Source: Macrostomum lignano (Eukaryota). Taken from it: 64,000 bases of DNA. Of the stretch, positions 53,762 to 64,000 are shown piece by piece; within the stretch, counting starts at the first letter, position 1, and each line of letters opens with the position of its first letter. The notes under the pieces are model-generated. The model did not search any database. It was not told the origin of the DNA and worked only from the letters and a program-made list of their open reading frames with translations. The position numbers and the translations under genes were made by a program. The DNA is taken from the NCBI GenBank assembly GCA_002269645.1, contig NIVC01000124.1, positions 259,443 to 323,442 of the forward strand, written 5' to 3'.

Positions 53762-54000
53762 TTACATTAATAAAATCCCAGAAAAAAATTGTTGATAACT
53801 AAGAAGTGAATCTTCATCAGCAACAAATGATCGGCGAAGTTCGTCAAACACCATTTCGGTTCTCATGGCATAGTTGCGATCCTGGGTCTCCATGGCCGCT
53901 CTTGAACGAATTCGCTGGTTCTCAACTTTTTCATTGAAGAAATTGTGGAGAACTTCTTGAATTCGCTCTGATGCCTGCTCGTCGGCATCTAATCCTTCAA
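53762..54000 (-). CDS. Hypothetical Polinton ORF (start uncertain)
   Basis: Charged helical-looking reading frame in the ORF track; no recognised motif. Confidence 0.25.
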
Positions 54001-54407
54001 CAAGGCGACCGTCGTGGAGATTTTCTAGGTCGGTCGAGTAGAACGTAATTTTTTTGTGAACTAAAAACAAAGATTTAATTAAAATAAGAGAATTTTCAAT
54101 TCTTAACACAGGATAGAATTTCAGTAAGTAAAAAAAACGAATAAACTTACAACATAATGAAATCAGCAGCCACAACGGTGCAGTATTGCGTGACGAAGAA
54201 CGTGTGCGAGCAAACTGAGCTGAATTTTCTTGCTTGCTTTAACTAGCTTCCGAGCGATCGATTCCCTCCACCCGCTTCCTTCCCTCCGGTTGTCAAAGCG
54301 GAAAGGAATGCACGCGTGGAACTTTGCGCTCCCTCAGAAAATAGCAGTTACCCCCCCCCCTTTCAAAATGCAGCTGTTGCGCTTGGCTGCGAATAATCTT
54401 TCCCGAC

Positions 54408-54908
54408 TCAAGCGTCTCTCTCAACCCCCAGCTCTTTCAGCAGTCTTCCTAGTACCTCGTTTGGAGCGCACAAAATAAACCCCGCTCCCGAGCGTCCGCC
54501 CTCTCTCCCAGTGCACCCGCCCTCTCTCCCCAAACACCCACCCTCGGCGTCCATTCCCAACCCTAACTTTGTTTTACCAAAAATAACAGCTTTAACTAGC
54601 TTCCGAGCGATCGACTCACGAAATCCGCTTGAAGCCCCTATATTGTCGAGTCTCCTGAGCATTTCTTTGTCCCAACGATTCTTCTCCTCAGGAAAATCTC
54701 TATACTTAACGTCGTGCCACATGCAGACAGAGTCTAGCTCGTTCACAGGCTCATGCCCAGGATGTGGATTATTGTTTTTATCTAGCTGTATTTCAAGTGG
54801 ATTCAAAGGCCCGCAATATTTATAGCCGGGAAGTGTCCAGCCTTTGTTCGGATGAGGAAGCTTTTCTATCAGTCCATGTGAATCTAACTTACCACCAGAG
54901 CGCTGCAT
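54408..54908 (-). CDS. Parvovirus-VP1u-type phospholipase A2, 166 aa
   Basis: Ca-loop GYKYCGPLN and catalytic NELDSVCMWHDVKY; ATG at 54908. Confidence 0.82.
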   Translation of the reverse strand: MQRSGGKLDSHGLIEKLPHPNKGWTLPGYKYCGPLNPLEIQLDKNNNPHPGHEPVNELDSVCMWHDVKYRDFPEEKNRWDKEMLRRLDNIGASSGFRESIARKLVKAVIFGKTKLGLGMDAEGGCLGREGGCTGREGGRSGAGFILCAPNEVLGRLLKELGVERDA

Positions 54909-54938
54909 TATTTTATTTAAAATTTTCTTTTTAAATAA

Positions 54939-55976
54939 ATGACAGATCAGAAACTTAAAAAACTCTACTACAGCGACAAAGGTTTCTTTGTAGGCAAAAA
55001 TGCCGTTAGTAAACTCATGGAGCTGAGTAAGGAACCAAAAGCTAAAGTAGAAAAGTGGCTCTCTAAGCAAGCAGTCTACCAAGTCTATTTCCCACCAGTA
55101 AAATTTACAAGACCTCACTTTAGCATCTATAAACCTAATGAAGCGCACCAAGCAGATCTTTTGTTTCTCCCTAATGACTCAGGCTACAAGTATGCTCTCA
55201 CAGTAATAGACATTGCTTCCAGATATAAGGAAGCTCGCCCACTCAAGACGAAGAAGTCAGAGGTTGTTGCCAGCGCACTGCAAGATATTTATAAAAACTC
55301 TCCGCTCACATACCCCCAAATCTTTATGACCGACCCGGGTAAGGAATTCATGGGTGTAGTGAAATCCCTTATGGAAAAGAAAAACACAGAGATTCGCTAT
55401 GGCAGAACAAACTTGCACAGAGACCAGGCTTTTGTGGAAAGATTCAATCTAACTCTAGCCAAGAGACTATTCACTAAGCAGACAGCGCAAGAACTCAAAC
55501 TGAGTGCGGGGCAATACTATACCAAGTGGACAGAAAGACTCCCCATTGTTATAGAGCAACTGAACAATGAAGTCACACGTATGACTGGATTGAAACCGTC
55601 CCATGCAATTAAACAAGACACTGTCAAACTTAAGGCAACTCAAAGAACAGACAACAACACTACAACCCCACACAACACACACAACACAAAACACACCTCG
55701 AACTACCCTCAGCTTCCAGGAGTTGAATCACCATACATACTGACAAACTCTGAGTTTCTACGCTTTTTATATCTACCTGGAGAGCTAGAGAAAGACACCA
55801 AAAGAAGAGCTACAGATCCATACTTCAGCCTTGATGTACATAAAATAGACAGACATTTTACATCCGACTCTGGAGAGTATTACTTTTTATCTCAGGCCTT
55901 TAACCCTAAATCCCCCACGCGGTCATTCACTAGAGCTGAACTCCTAGTGATACCAGCTGACACAGAAATTAATTAA
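54939..55976 (+). CDS. int: Retroviral-like (rve) integrase of Polinton type, 345 aa
   Basis: HQADLLFL, LTVIDIASRY, MTDPGKEF, AFVERFN (DDE triad); frame intact. Confidence 0.93.
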   Translation: MTDQKLKKLYYSDKGFFVGKNAVSKLMELSKEPKAKVEKWLSKQAVYQVYFPPVKFTRPHFSIYKPNEAHQADLLFLPNDSGYKYALTVIDIASRYKEARPLKTKKSEVVASALQDIYKNSPLTYPQIFMTDPGKEFMGVVKSLMEKKNTEIRYGRTNLHRDQAFVERFNLTLAKRLFTKQTAQELKLSAGQYYTKWTERLPIVIEQLNNEVTRMTGLKPSHAIKQDTVKLKATQRTDNNTTTPHNTHNTKHTSNYPQLPGVESPYILTNSEFLRFLYLPGELEKDTKRRATDPYFSLDVHKIDRHFTSDSGEYYFLSQAFNPKSPTRSFTRAELLVIPADTEIN

Positions 55977-55993
55977 AATATTAAAATAAAAAA

Positions 55994-56440
55994 ATGACAA
56001 AGATTGAAACCAGAACCATCAATAAACTCAATAAAATCATTGAATCAAAGAGACCAGGTCTTATATCAATAAAAGGTGCCAAAGTAAAAGTCGATCCCGT
56101 GCAGCAAATAGTTCAGTGTAATGAGCAAAGACACAGCATCACAGATGAAAAGTTAGGAGGAATCCTACCATTAGCAGCTCTTATCCCGATTATTGCAGGC
56201 GCTGTAAGTGCCGCAGGTGGTGTAGCTGGAGGTGTAGCAACTGCTGTTAAAGCTGGGAATGATAGGGCCCACCAGCTTGAATTGCAAAAGATTGCAAGAG
56301 ACAAAGGTATAACAATTAAGGCAGGAGAGGGCTGCCCCGATCGTGATGATTGTGAGAATGAAAATTCTATAAGCAAGTCTGACATTGTCAAAGCAATCAT
56401 GACACTGCACAATGCTGGGTTTACAATAATGCGGATGTGA
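55994..56440 (+). CDS. Adenovirus core protein X (Mu precursor)-like protein, 148 aa
   Basis: GGILPLAALIPIIAGAVSAAGGVA resembles adenovirus pX GGILPLLIPLIAAAIGAVPGIA. Confidence 0.65.
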   Translation: MTKIETRTINKLNKIIESKRPGLISIKGAKVKVDPVQQIVQCNEQRHSITDEKLGGILPLAALIPIIAGAVSAAGGVAGGVATAVKAGNDRAHQLELQKIARDKGITIKAGEGCPDRDDCENENSISKSDIVKAIMTLHNAGFTIMRM

Positions 56441-56563
56441 TGAGGTTTAAAACCCCACTTTATCCAGCTTCATAAACCTAGCGCTACTTATAGGATGTAG
56501 AAACAGTTCAACTTTTCTATCAGGGTGGTCACCCTCAAAAATTTTTTTATTTTAGAGAAAAAA

Positions 56564-59500
56564 ATGCCAAAAGCTAATCCAGCAAAAGATTTAGTCAACA
56601 AACATTTTTCAAAAGGCGTCTCATTTCAAGACAAAAGTAATTTACTAAGAGAAGCATGTAAACAAAAGTTTAACACCGACCCTGGTCACCTGGGAAGCTA
56701 TGAAAAACAGTTGGAAATCATCAATCAATTAGAATCCAACCAATATGCGCCTATGCAAAATCCTGCAAAGGAACACCAAGAGAGGAGTCGCAACTTAGTT
56801 AACAAATATGAAACTCTTACTGGTGAAAAAGCAAAGTACCCACAAAATAAGCAGGAACAAGAGAAATTAGAGCAATTAATCCATTTAAAAGAGTCGGAGC
56901 TTGCCACTGAAGAGATTAATTTTGCACAGAGGAAGTTTACAGAACATTACATCGAGTACACAATCCCAATTAACGACACCAACGGTACCACCGCAAACAT
57001 CTACGACTATAAAGACAGCATCCAATCAGTTGTTGATCACACACTCAAAACACGCAAGACCTTTAAACTACAGATATCATTCAAGATTGCGTTTTATATG
57101 CCTGCAAAACCCACTGAGCATCTCGAGTATTACATGACAACAAAGGCAAAGCCATTCACCCCTACAGACACACTGATCCTTTCCTTCAAGATGTCACTAA
57201 GAAAATTGAAGCGTTTACATCCAGAGGTTCTGGATGGGTCGTGGGAGGGATTCAAAGAGCGACTGTCATGGTCATGAAATATGACCCACTTAAAGCCTCC
57301 TCTTATATAGAGCTCCCGCATAAGCTAGCCGGCAAAAAAGCTTGCATAAATGTTAAAAATAAAGACAATTGCTGTGCTCTATGGGCAGTTCTTTCTGCAC
57401 TTCTTTATGATAGTGTCCCTCACCACCCCGAAAGAACCTCAAATTATCAAAATTATTTCAACTACTATCTCATCGAATGCGAAAAGAAGGGAATCAGGTT
57501 TGACAAAGGAGGCTTGGCGATCTCTCAGATCCCAAAGCTAGAAGAAGTGTTTAATAACAAAATTAGAATCACAGTCTTTGAATGGAGTGAAAAAACTGAG
57601 AAAGTTCAACCGGTCAGATGTAGCAAAGACGTTTTAGATCCGAGGGGAAAAGGCGGACTGAAGTGGATCTTCTAGTGATTGGTAATTTACTAGAGGAGGC
57701 TCACTATGTTTGGATTAAAGATCTTTCAAGACTCATTCACAAGCAGTTGAATAATCATCACGAGGCTGTTGCCATCTGCCGCTTGTGCCTTAAGCATTAC
57801 AGTGGACCTGAGCGCTTTGAAAAACTAACAGAGCATGAATTATCATGCGAGGATCACCCAACAAACTGCTCTCTTCCTTCAGCTGAAGAGAAGTATCTCC
57901 GGTTTAAGAACTATCACAAGATGGAGAAGCTCCCATTTGTTGTATATGCTGATTTCGAATGCTCAATCATGCCAGGAACTCAAAAATTAACTCAAAAACA
58001 AACTCAACTCAAAAACAAACTCAAACTCAAAAACATGTCCCCAACTCAGTAGCATATGCCTTTATTACTACAAAAGGACTTGTTGAGTATAATTATTTCT
58101 TTGGAGAGCAGTGTGTGGAGCAGTTTATTGCCAGAATGTTAGAGTTGCAAAGAGTAATTAGCACCCTTCAACCTGTTCCAATAAGTATGTCTGAGGAGGA
58201 TGAAAGCAATTTCCTATCAGCAACTCATTGCCACATCTGCAGGAAACATTTAACTTGCACTAATATTAAAAACCCCACCGTTAGGGACCACTGCCACTTT
58301 ACTGGGAAATTTAGAGGTGCAGCGCATAACACCTGTAATCTAAAGCTAAAATCGAACATTCATGATCTAACGATATTTTGTCACAACGCAAAGAACTATG
58401 ACATGCATTTAATAGTTGAAAAAATCGGCATGATTCCAGACATACACCTTGATTGCATCGCAGAGAACAAGGAGAAGTTTAAGTGTGTTGATATTAAACA
58501 GGATAATTCGGGTACAGGTAAAATAAGACTGAAGGATTCATATCAATTTCTAGCTGCCAGTCTAGACGAACTAAGCAAGAATCTAAAAGATGAACAATGT
58601 ACATATACAAAGATGTTTGCAAGTAAAATTACAACAGTGATGAATCATTTAAACTCCTGAGAACCAAAGGCTTCTACCCTATGAAAATATTACTGGGTAT
58701 CACGTATTTGAAGAAGGTTTACCACCACAGGAGAAGTTCTTTTCAAAGCTAACAGACTCTGGAATCTCTGACAAAGACTATGAGCACGCGAAGCATGTCT
58801 ATAATTACTTTAATTGTCAAAACTTCTTCCAGTATCACCTGCTTTACCTCTACACAGATGTGTTTCTGCTGGCTGATGTGTTTGAAACCTTCAGATACAC
58901 CTGGTACACAGCATATGGCCTCGATCCAGCACATTATGTGTCTCTGCCTGCCACTAGCTGGGAATCTTTGCTTAAAATGAAATGGGATCAAGATCCAGAT
59001 TGGTACATTGAACTTCTTACAGACATTGACATGTACAATTTTGTCGAATCGTCAAAGCGAGGGGGATCTCAATTTGCGTTAACAGGTATGCAAAAGCAAA
59101 CAATCCCTACATTGAATCTTACAATAAGGAGCAGCCCTCAAACTACATTACTTACTTGGACGCTAATAATCTCTACGGGTGGCGATGAGTCAAGATCTTC
59201 CAGTTAGAGATTTTCGATGGCTACCCTCATCAGAATTCAAATGGGACTTTTCATTGGCTGCCATTTATGAGTTGATGTTTACATTCCACCAGAGCTTCAC
59301 GACTATTTCTCTGACTTTCCACCCTTCCCAGAGAACATCAAGTGCCCGAAAATAATCGAAACTCCCAATGATAATAATGGAACTTGGCACCTGTCAGGAA
59401 CAGAAAAAGAACATACAGAGAACTAACACAGAATCTAAACAACAAGACACGTTACAAAATCCATTACAAACTGCTTCAGTATTTTATCTCACTTGGTTGC

Positions 59501-60430
59501 AGGGTCACCAAAGTTCACCGGGCTCTTACATTTACAGAGGAAGCGTGGATGAAACCCTACATTGATAAGAACACCCAGTTTAGGACCAAAGCAACCAACG
59601 ACTTTGACAAGAACCTCTTTAAGTTGGCCAACAACTCTGTCTATGGCAAGACTCTTGAGAATGAGCGGAAAAGAACAAACCTGAAACTTGTTACCTCATC
59701 AGAGCCTGCTGTTATTCAGGCAAATATGTCAAAGCCAACATTCAAAGAACTCCATATCTTTAATAGCTACTTAGGTGTGATCATATTTTACAAAACCAAG
59801 GTGACGCTGCGCAAGCCGATCTATACAGGTGTCACTGTTCTCGACGAATCAAAACGTCTGATGTACCAGTTCTTCTATGGCATGAAGCAGCAGTACAAGG
59901 ATAAAATGAAACTCTTGTACACTGACACAGACAGTTTTATTATGGACATTCAAACAGAAGACATTTATCAGGACATGCTGCAGCAAAAAGATTTGTTTGA
60001 CTTGTCTGAGTATGATGAATCTTGCAGGACACAGAATGGCGATCAAGTGTTTGACGCTACTAACAAGAAAGTGATTGGGAAAATGAAGGACGAGATTGCT
60101 GGTGACATAATCACTGAATTCATTGGGTTGAGAGCAAAGTCCTATTTTGTAAAATGTGAGTCGTCAGACCCAATTAAAAAATCAAAGGGAATTCCGAAAC
60201 GTGTGGTTAGGAAGGAAATTAATGAAGCTGAATACAGAGACGCCTTGAATTGCAACAAAAAGACATCACATGAGTTCTCAAAGCTACAATCTAAAAACCA
60301 TATTATTCACACAATTCAGCAAAAGAAGATTGGTCTGTCAGGTGCAGATAACAAGAGATTCATTTTTGATGACAATATTAACAGTCTACCGTTCGGGCAT
60401 TGGAGATTAGGCTTAGGAGATTGGGTTTAG
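56564..60430 (+). pseudogene. polB: Protein-primed DNA polymerase B with endonuclease-VII-like insert, split by about ten single-base frameshifts
   Basis: SRGSGW; CHICRK..VRDHCHFTGKFRGAAHNTCN; CHNAKNYD; KGFYP(YE); YLDANNLYGW(AMS); KLANNSVYGKT; YTDTDS, reassembled across frames. Confidence 0.9.
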
Positions 60431-60503
60431 GAGGTTGAGGTTGGGTTTAGGAGATTAGGAGATTGGGTTTAGGTTTAAGAGAAAGTTTAATAAAACTCAA
60501 AAA

Positions 60504-60904
60504 ATGACGACAAATAACTTTCTGGAAGATTTGGCTAACGAACTGGAAATCCCAAACTTTAGAGGAATATTTATGAGGGACACTCTGCCTGATTTTCCTC
60601 TAAGAAAGGAATGCGGCATCATGAACTTTGACACCACCGATAAGCCAGGATCTCATTGGGTTTGCTGGGTGATTGATCCCGATCGCAAGCACAAGTGTTA
60701 TTACTTCGATAGCTATGGGACGGCAGTACCAGAAGAGCTAAGAAATTATATGAAGGGAAAAAAAATAAAAAAATTTATCGCTCAGACTTTATTCTCCAAG
60801 GTCTTAGCAGTGATATTTGCGGTGAGCTGTGCATGACTGTTTTGTATGCAATGACCAAAACACGAAAGACCTACAAGGAAATTATTCGTACCTGTGTTTC
60901 ATAG
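60504..60904 (+). CDS. pro: Adenain-like cysteine protease with one frameshift in the A-runs near 60757-60774
   Basis: GSHWVC, YYFDSYG; the shifted frame supplies LQGLSSDICGELC. Confidence 0.88.
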
Positions 60905-60907
60905 GGT

Positions 60908-61558
60908 TCATTGTGCATTTCTCGTTGTCCTTACCGAATTTCTCGTTGTCCTTCTTTCCGCATAATGTTGAAGAACTTTCTCGAGTTCATTTCTCAGCTG
61001 ACTCATGTCATCAGTACCGACCATGTTCAAGTTCATTCGAATTGATTGTTCATAAAGATCCTGAATGGTTTTGAACTCATCCTCTGAAATGAACTTATCC
61101 TCGATTGCCCTTGAAATGTACCCTATGATTGAAGTGTGCACCCCTTTCTCTTTTACTTGCTTCTCCTGTAGCTGCTTTAGTTTTTTTCGCCTGTTTCGCG
61201 CTAATGCTCCAGTAATTGCTGAAATAAGTCCACATGCAGCACCACAGAGCCGAGCGGGATTGCGATTGGGGCTGTGATGACTGGCAACACTGAGACAGCT
61301 GCAGCAGACCAGTAGAACACACACAGATCCTAGAATCATATTGCTGTAGTCGAAAAATTTACAGTGGCTGTCATAGCGCTTAATTTTCTTTGTGTTGTGG
61401 AAAATATTTTTTTCAAGATCATCTCGCATTTTTTGAATCTCCACTAGTCGAAACTGCTGAGAGTTACAAGTAATGACGGGGTAGAGTTTTTGTTGCTCAT
61501 ATTGAGGTGCATTCAGATTCGGTGCATTCAGGCTTTGTGTGTTCGAATTCGGTGCCAT
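60908..61558 (-). CDS. Polinton protein with coiled coil and Cys-rich double hydrophobic segment (unknown function)
   Basis: Intact 216-aa ATG-initiated ORF; two hydrophobic stretches (MILGSVCVLLVCCSCLSVA; LCGAACGLISAITGAL). Confidence 0.7.
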   Translation of the reverse strand: MAPNSNTQSLNAPNLNAPQYEQQKLYPVITCNSQQFRLVEIQKMRDDLEKNIFHNTKKIKRYDSHCKFFDYSNMILGSVCVLLVCCSCLSVASHHSPNRNPARLCGAACGLISAITGALARNRRKKLKQLQEKQVKEKGVHTSIIGYISRAIEDKFISEDEFKTIQDLYEQSIRMNLNMVGTDDMSQLRNELEKVLQHYAERRTTRNSVRTTRNAQ

Positions 61559-61799
61559 TGGTTTGGTGCTGTCGGTATTTTAGGTTCAACGTATTGAGAC
61601 TGATCGTATAGAGAATTTTGTTGGGCCATTTTTTTCTCTAGAAAAAATAAAAAAATTAAAAACTACCCGGTTGAAAGATCTGTTTTCTTTTTGATAATTC
61701 CATCTGCACCGCCGGTTGTCTAGGCGGCTCTCGTGACGCCGGAGGATCGCGAGTCCAGCAGGCAGCGGCTGGGCGGCTGACGTTTGAGAGCGTGCCGGA

Positions 61800-62380
61800 T
61801 TACTCCGGGGGGTCCAGAGCTCCTTCTACTCGATCTGTAGACATGACCGGACGAGCAGTAGATTCTGCTTCATCAATAGCAATATCACGAAGATTGAGTG
61901 TTCTCTCCAGACGATCAAGCCTCCTTAGTATTTTACCCCAAGAGCTATACATTCCGTTTAGATAGCTACTGTGTGATACATCCTTTCTCTTTAATGCTTC
62001 AAGTCTTTCTTTGATTCGATCATGCAACGATGTTGACTGAGTCATGAACTCTTCTAAATTCCTCACTTTACTGTGTTGGTTGCGACGTTTTCTTTAATTC
62101 TATCATGCAACGCTGTTGACTGGTTCATGAACTCTTCTAAATTATTCACTTTAGCTGTGTTTGTGAAAACTCCTCCTTCAAGAATACGCATCCGTCTATC
62201 AGTGGAATTTCCCAGAAGATTAACTGTGATCTTAAGCGTTGATTGCGAGACTATCGAAGTTATTTCTGACCTAAGTTCATTAGTTGCGTTTAACAACGGC
62301 ACATAAAGCTTATCACTTTCAAACTTCTGCCTAGCTACTTTAAGCCTGAGATCTTCCATGTTTATTTGCAACTGGTGCAT
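61800..62380 (-). CDS. Hypothetical coiled-coil protein with an internal 28-aa duplication; one 1-bp frameshift near 62066
   Basis: Adding one A (GTA AAA GTG) fuses ORFs 62063-62380 and 61800-62066 and puts both NLEEFMxQSTxLHDRIKE repeats in frame. Confidence 0.55.
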
Positions 62381-62548
62381 GGAGCGCTCAGGGCTTTCAG
62401 TCTGTTTTTATTCAGTTTGATCTCTGGGATCTTTTCGTCGCTGTTGATATATCGCCTGTCAAGGATGGATATTTGAGCTGATGTAAGAGCGCTGTTGCCA
62501 GAAATGGATTCACCTGCAAAGTTTATCGACATCTTTTAATAGCAAATT

Positions 62549-63348
62549 TTAAATTACAGTTCTTTTTTCTTTGCTGATAATCACAAACTGGTAAGGCTGA
62601 TTCCACTTGTCATAGCAAAGATTAACGAATTCCTCTTGTGAAATCTTTCTGCTTGAGTTTTTTGTTGGATTTATGAAATAGGCAGGCGCAATGACCTCAT
62701 TGTAAAATCTTTTTAGCCTGTCCTGTGGAATGGTTGGAAACAGGAGAATCAGATTGCAGTTCCCACGAATTGTTTTGTTCGGGAGCTCGAACCAATTCTG
62801 TGCAATGTAAATTACATTACAATTGTTATGTCGCCCTCTTGTAAAATAGTTTTCTATCTGCTTCTGTGGGCCTGTCATACAATCATCAAAGACGATCAAA
62901 TGCTTTCTCCCCTTTTCTAGCTCATCTGGTTGGGGTAGAAGTTTGGTCTTTGGATCAGCCTGTGGATCTCCATAGGTGAACACTTTAATGTTCTGCCATT
63001 TTTCATTGTCTTTGAGGTGCTTTGCATATTCAGGCAGCTACAATTTCAGGGTTACTGGGAAGGCATTTGTTGGTTATTAAAACATGCAATAATGTCCTCT
63101 TTGTTCAGCTTGTTTTGAATCCAGAAATCAGCATTTTATACTCATCTTGATACAGTGTGGGAGAGTAGATGTGCAGAGTGTCATAGTCGATAAAGCCAGG
63201 TCTAAGAAGCATGTTAAAGACTCTGAATGTTTTACCTGAACCTGATGAACCAACAACAATGCATCTGAAGTGACTCGGATTGACTCGTGATGAGAAAACT
63301 TAATCTGATTACGCGTCCAGTGAGGATTGAAGTCGTTTGAAAGTCCAT
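62549..63348 (-). CDS. atp: DNA-packaging ATPase (A32/FtsK-like), frameshifted
   Basis: Walker A GSSGSGKT (63228-63251); Walker B LIVFDDC; RGRH and AQNWF motifs. Confidence 0.88.
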
Positions 63349-63392
63349 TTTTTCTATGATGAAAAAAAAATTAAATAATAAATAATTTAGAG

Positions 63393-63490
63393 TGTGTCAT
63401 TTCGGGACTTGATGTGTCATTTTGGGACTTAGATGTGTCATTTTGGGACTTAGATGTGTCATTTTGGGACTTAGATGTGTCATTTCAGAC
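63393..63490. repeat. 21-bp tandem repeat GATGTGTCATTTTGGGACTTA (~4.5 copies), intergenic in the Polinton
   Basis: Direct reading. Confidence 0.9.
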
Positions 63491-63582
63491 TAGTCTTATT
63501 ATCTTACTATGTCTTGTACCCTGAAAGTACCCTTTAGTCAAATTTGAAACCGCTTCCCTTTTTAATGCTAGCTCTCATCTTC

Positions 63583-64000
63583 TCATAGACTGCAGGGTCC
63601 ACATGTCTGGATTTGGGGCCAGCGGGCCAGCTTGAATCTCTGTTTAGGTGTTACAGTATCCTTTATCTTTTTGGCTGCTGTGGCTACACTGCCAGCCGCT
63701 TCGGCAACGTTCTTGATGTTCTCTTTGTTCTCTCCAATGACCTTAAAAATCTTGGCCCCTGAGCGATCAAATCGGCAACCGTTCCCTGAGCGTTCTTTTC
63801 TTGGATAGTGGCCTGCAGGGAAAAGTCCAGATCCGCGTTTAATGAGATTAAGTTCCTCTTTGTCATAGTATTTGTCAATGTCTTTTCGAAAATAAATGGC
63901 ATTTTTACTTGAAATAAATTATTTTTTGTTGAACCGTGAAAGCAGAAGCTCTCTCGCCTCTTATCGATGTATTTTCTCTCAAGCATTTTATTGAGGATGT
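63583..64000 (-). CDS. 3' part of a basic hypothetical Polinton ORF, probably frameshifted
   Basis: ORF-track frame 63684-63986; an adjacent frame gives NVAEAAGSVATAAKKIKD. Confidence 0.3.

Larger units (their letters stand above)
52771..64000. mobile_element. Polinton/Maverick (adintovirus-like endogenous DNA virus), left part; continues beyond the window
   Basis: Homology to units 1/2 stops at ..GCGTATGGC and AGTAG.. begins (typical 5'-AGT terminus); INT, pPolB, protease and ATPase genes follow. Confidence 0.93.

Overview
Repeat-rich eukaryotic (animal) genomic DNA with spliceosomal introns; nothing prokaryotic and no rRNA, tRNA or CRISPR seen. The repeat style is reminiscent of the flatworm Macrostomum, which I cannot verify. 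Three layers: (1) A tandem segmental duplication (homologous points at 1, 24662 and 42100). Complete units carry a 7-exon, 647-aa single-domain angiotensin-converting-enzyme-like (peptidase M2) gene on the minus strand ('ACE-A': 20246-24718, 36949-42156, plus the start of a third copy at 1-57). Each unit also has a head-to-head 2-exon 5' fragment of a diverged paralogue ('ACE-B'), a probable unannotated small spliced gene, a Ser-rich ORF, and about a dozen distinct micro/minisatellites. (2) A near-intact 5.3-kb Ty3/Gypsy LTR retrotransposon (3077-8393) in unit 1 with TSD, PBS, PPT, a -1 frameshift signal and one nonsense codon. (3) The left ~11 kb of a Polinton/Maverick (adintovirus-like) element from 52771, inserted in unit 3: integrase, protein-primed PolB, adenain-like protease, packaging ATPase, parvovirus-type PLA2, a pX-like protein, and a small ORF resembling a degenerate RNase T2. 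Both insertions have empty homologous sites inside the window. Most ORF-track entries are translations of tandem repeats and are not genes. All calls were made by eye; no database searches were run.
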